Assembly (NCBI GenBank): GCA_046160245.1
Contig: JBJXGU010000322.1
Span: 1-49,420 of the forward strand
DNA length: 49,420 nt
Reading direction: 5' to 3'
Source: Bacteroidia bacterium
GTDB taxonomy: Bacteria; Bacteroidota; Bacteroidia; AKYH767-A; OLB10
In this document: positions 47,293-49,420 of the stretch, one piece after another
Layout of the letters: the number at the start of each line of letters is the position of its first letter
Position numbering within the stretch: position 1 is the stretch's first letter
Position numbers and translations under genes: made by a program
The notes under the pieces: model-generated
The model's database searches: none
The model's input: the letters and a program-made list of their open reading frames with translations, nothing else
Told to the model about the DNA's origin: nothing

Positions 47293-48827
47293 TGATAAAG
47301 AAAGGCTCTTATTTCAAATCTTTATTCCTTGCATTCGTGATGTTTTTTATCTCTATCCATGATAATTATGGACAGGGCCAGGATCATCGTTTTTTATTAG
47401 GCTATCAATCTATTTTGGATGCGAACACTACTTCTATTCGCGCACAACTACTCAGTAATGCAGCAAGCTCAACAGTATTACCCGATAGTTTTATTATGCC
47501 ATTCCGTGCAGCGCAAGCAAACATCAGCGATGCCAATGGTAATTTTTTAATGTCGAGTAATGGCATTTTTATTATGAATGCGGCTGGTGATACCATGCTC
47601 AATGGATCGGGACTTAATCCTAATCCAGGCACCGCTTCATGGGCAAGCAGTGGTATTCCATTTCCTCATTCCAATTTAATTTTACCATTTCCGGGTGACA
47701 GTAATGGGTATGTTTTATTGCATCAAACTTTTTCAATCACAGGAGGTTTTCCATGCGATCGTTTATTTTACACCCGTATTGATATGACATTAGATGGAGG
47801 TTTGGGAGGTGTAACTTCGCAAAAAAACTGGCTTTTCCATTATGGTGATGTTGATATAGGATTGGCGGCTTGTCGTCATGGCAATGGAAGGGATTGGTGG
47901 ATTATCGCCCAAAAAGCTTTTAGTGATACGTTATTAATTTTCTTATTACATCCTCAGGGTGTAAATTTCCATAGTTATCAGAGTTTTGGTTTTCCTGCGA
48001 CATTTGAAAACGCTGGAACTCCAAAATTTTCTGCAAATGGTGATAAATTTGCCTATGTAACAGTTAAACCATTAGGTGGAAGTGTTTATTACCATGATGT
48101 AAGAGTTTTTAATTTTGATCGTTGTAATGGAGCTTTGTCAAATGCACAATTATTTATAATTGATAACACAGTTGGATTAGGCAATGAATTTAGCCCAAGC
48201 GGTAGATTTTTATATACCAGTTCATCGCAAAACATTTATCAATTCGATTTAGATGCCGCCAATGTGCAGGCATCTAAAATTGGAGTGGCACTTTACGATG
48301 GATTTTATTCTCCCTTCCCACCTTTTGCAACTGATTTTTTTTGCATGAATCTCAGAGCAGATGGTAAAATATATGTAACAACTGGAAATGGCACTTTAAA
48401 AATGCACCGTATTGAATTTCCCGATAGTTTGGGCTTGGCTTGTGATGTGCAGCAACATTCAATTTCATTGCCTTGTTACGCATTTAGAGCGGATGTAAAC
48501 CATCCTAACTATAATTTAGGCAGGTGGTCGGGTAGTCCTTGCGATACGCTGGCATGGGTAGGCAATGAAGAAATTGAAAATGATTTTAAACTGCGGTTGT
48601 TTCCCAACCCCAGTCGCGGTGAGTTTAAATTAATCTATTTGTTGCCTCAAGGCGAAAGTGGCATACTAGAAATTTACAATGTAGAAGGAAAGAGAGTGTA
48701 TAATCAAGCATTGCCTCCATGGAGTACCTTACAAGAACTATCCTTAAACTTACCTGCAGGTTTATACACTTGTAGAATACAATCCAAACAACAGCAACAA
48801 TCGATTCGATGGATGGTGGTGGATTAG
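47292..48827 (+). CDS. Secreted T9SS cargo protein (beta-propeller-like body plus CTD)
   Basis: 511 aa. Signal peptide. Repeated motifs GRDWWIIAQK, GDKFAYV, SPSGRFLYTSS, ADGKIYVTTGNG. CTD LRLFPNPSRGEFKLIY...YTCRI. TAATG overlap with the upstream ORF. Confidence 0.75.
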   Translation: MIKKGSYFKSLFLAFVMFFISIHDNYGQGQDHRFLLGYQSILDANTTSIRAQLLSNAASSTVLPDSFIMPFRAAQANISDANGNFLMSSNGIFIMNAAGDTMLNGSGLNPNPGTASWASSGIPFPHSNLILPFPGDSNGYVLLHQTFSITGGFPCDRLFYTRIDMTLDGGLGGVTSQKNWLFHYGDVDIGLAACRHGNGRDWWIIAQKAFSDTLLIFLLHPQGVNFHSYQSFGFPATFENAGTPKFSANGDKFAYVTVKPLGGSVYYHDVRVFNFDRCNGALSNAQLFIIDNTVGLGNEFSPSGRFLYTSSSQNIYQFDLDAANVQASKIGVALYDGFYSPFPPFATDFFCMNLRADGKIYVTTGNGTLKMHRIEFPDSLGLACDVQQHSISLPCYAFRADVNHPNYNLGRWSGSPCDTLAWVGNEEIENDFKLRLFPNPSRGEFKLIYLLPQGESGILEIYNVEGKRVYNQALPPWSTLQELSLNLPAGLYTCRIQSKQQQQSIRWMVVD

Positions 48828-48828
48828 T

Positions 48829-48862
48829 TTAATTAAGAATGCAGAATTAAGAATTCAGAATT
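48829..48862 (+). repeat. 34-bp AAGAATT-type heptamer repeat, right copy
   Basis: TTAATTAAGAATGCAGAATTAAGAATTCAGAATT. Its last 15 nt recur inverted at 48928-48942. Confidence 0.9.
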
Positions 48863-48943
48863 GAGAAGGCATATTGCAGACATTATTCTTAAGCGAAGTT
48901 AATGTATGCATTCTGTACAGAAAAAATAATTCTGAATTCTTAT

Positions 48944-48959
48944 CCCGATAGCTATCGGG
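48944..48959. terminator. Perfect 16-bp palindrome CCCGATAGCTATCGGG between convergent genes
   Basis: Self-complementary. It lies between the stops at 48827 (+) and 48966 (-). No adjacent strong T-run, so a terminator role is tentative. Confidence 0.4.
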
Positions 48960-48965
48960 ACTTAA

Positions 48966-49420
48966 TTATTTATATTCCTTCGATTCTTTAATAATCTTAA
49001 TTGCATCAATCGCTTGCTGAACCTTTGGATCAATAGCTAAAACTTTGTTCCAATATTCTATAGATTTTTTAAATTCCTTTTGACGGAGATAAGCTACAGC
49101 AAAATAACTATTCGCTTCAATCAATTCACGACTGTATTTAGCGATGCTCGCTGTGTCTACTGTAATTAGATCAATGTATTTTTGATAGTGTGGAAGCGCT
49201 GCAAATGTTGTAAACATCGAGTCGGCTTGACTCAAACTCCTCCCACGATACAAATAACCATTGGGCCATGTAGGACTCAGTTCGGTTACTTTTGCAAAGA
49301 TACTATCAGCCATTAAGAAATTCTTATTCGAATAATATGCTTTTCCTAAATTAAAATAATCCGCTGTTAATACTTTAGCAACGTTTGCGATTTTACCTTC
49401 ATATGTTTTTACAGCTAATT
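48966..49420 (-). CDS. TPR-repeat protein, C-terminal part (gene continues past the window end)
   Basis: The minus-strand frame stays open from 49313 to 49418 (read codon by codon, no stops). TPR-like AxxYLxxxxFxxAIxxWxKVLAIDP pattern. Confidence 0.65.
   Translation of the reverse strand, partial: LAVKTYEGKIANVAKVLTADYFNLGKAYYSNKNFLMADSIFAKVTELSPTWPNGYLYRGRSLSQADSMFTTFAALPHYQKYIDLITVDTASIAKYSRELIEANSYFAVAYLRQKEFKKSIEYWNKVLAIDPKVQQAIDAIKIIKESKEYK

Noticed and set aside
46767-48862. The repeat-flanked segment as an insertion sequence or transposon
   Set aside because: It has no transposase or integrase. The repeats are direct and not terminal-inverted. The content is two ordinary T9SS cargo genes. 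It is kept only as a possible recombination cassette.

Overview
AT-rich chromosomal segment that looks like a gliding Bacteroidota genome, judged from gene content: PorU/PorV/PorP-SprF/GldJ, T9SS C-terminal sorting domains, a GWxTD protein, DUF2851, a SecDF fusion, and TAnnTTTG promoter boxes with no Shine-Dalgarno sequences. About 39 genes, mostly housekeeping: ispF, ftsE, secDF, pyrG, yidC, hppD, holA, rmuC, rlmB, proS, mqnA, glycosyltransferases. I found no rRNA, tRNA, CRISPR array, transposase, integrase or phage genes. Five things stand out. (1) A convergently terminated pair at 41034-44464: a FadL/PorV-like outer-membrane barrel and a 590-aa lipoprotein made almost entirely of N/Y/W/G/P/T low-complexity sequence, including 57-bp tandem repeats. 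(2) A diverged alpha-oxoamine synthase at 28438-32453, beside a receiver-only response regulator and a multi-TM PAS histidine kinase. Upstream of it lies a signal-anchored protein with beta-helix-like repeats. (3) A composite tandem repeat array at 1-425. (4) 34-bp direct repeats that bracket exactly two T9SS-cargo genes (46767-48862). (5) A beta-barrel gene broken into three pieces (15763-16577). All functional calls rest on motifs recognised by eye. No database search was run.
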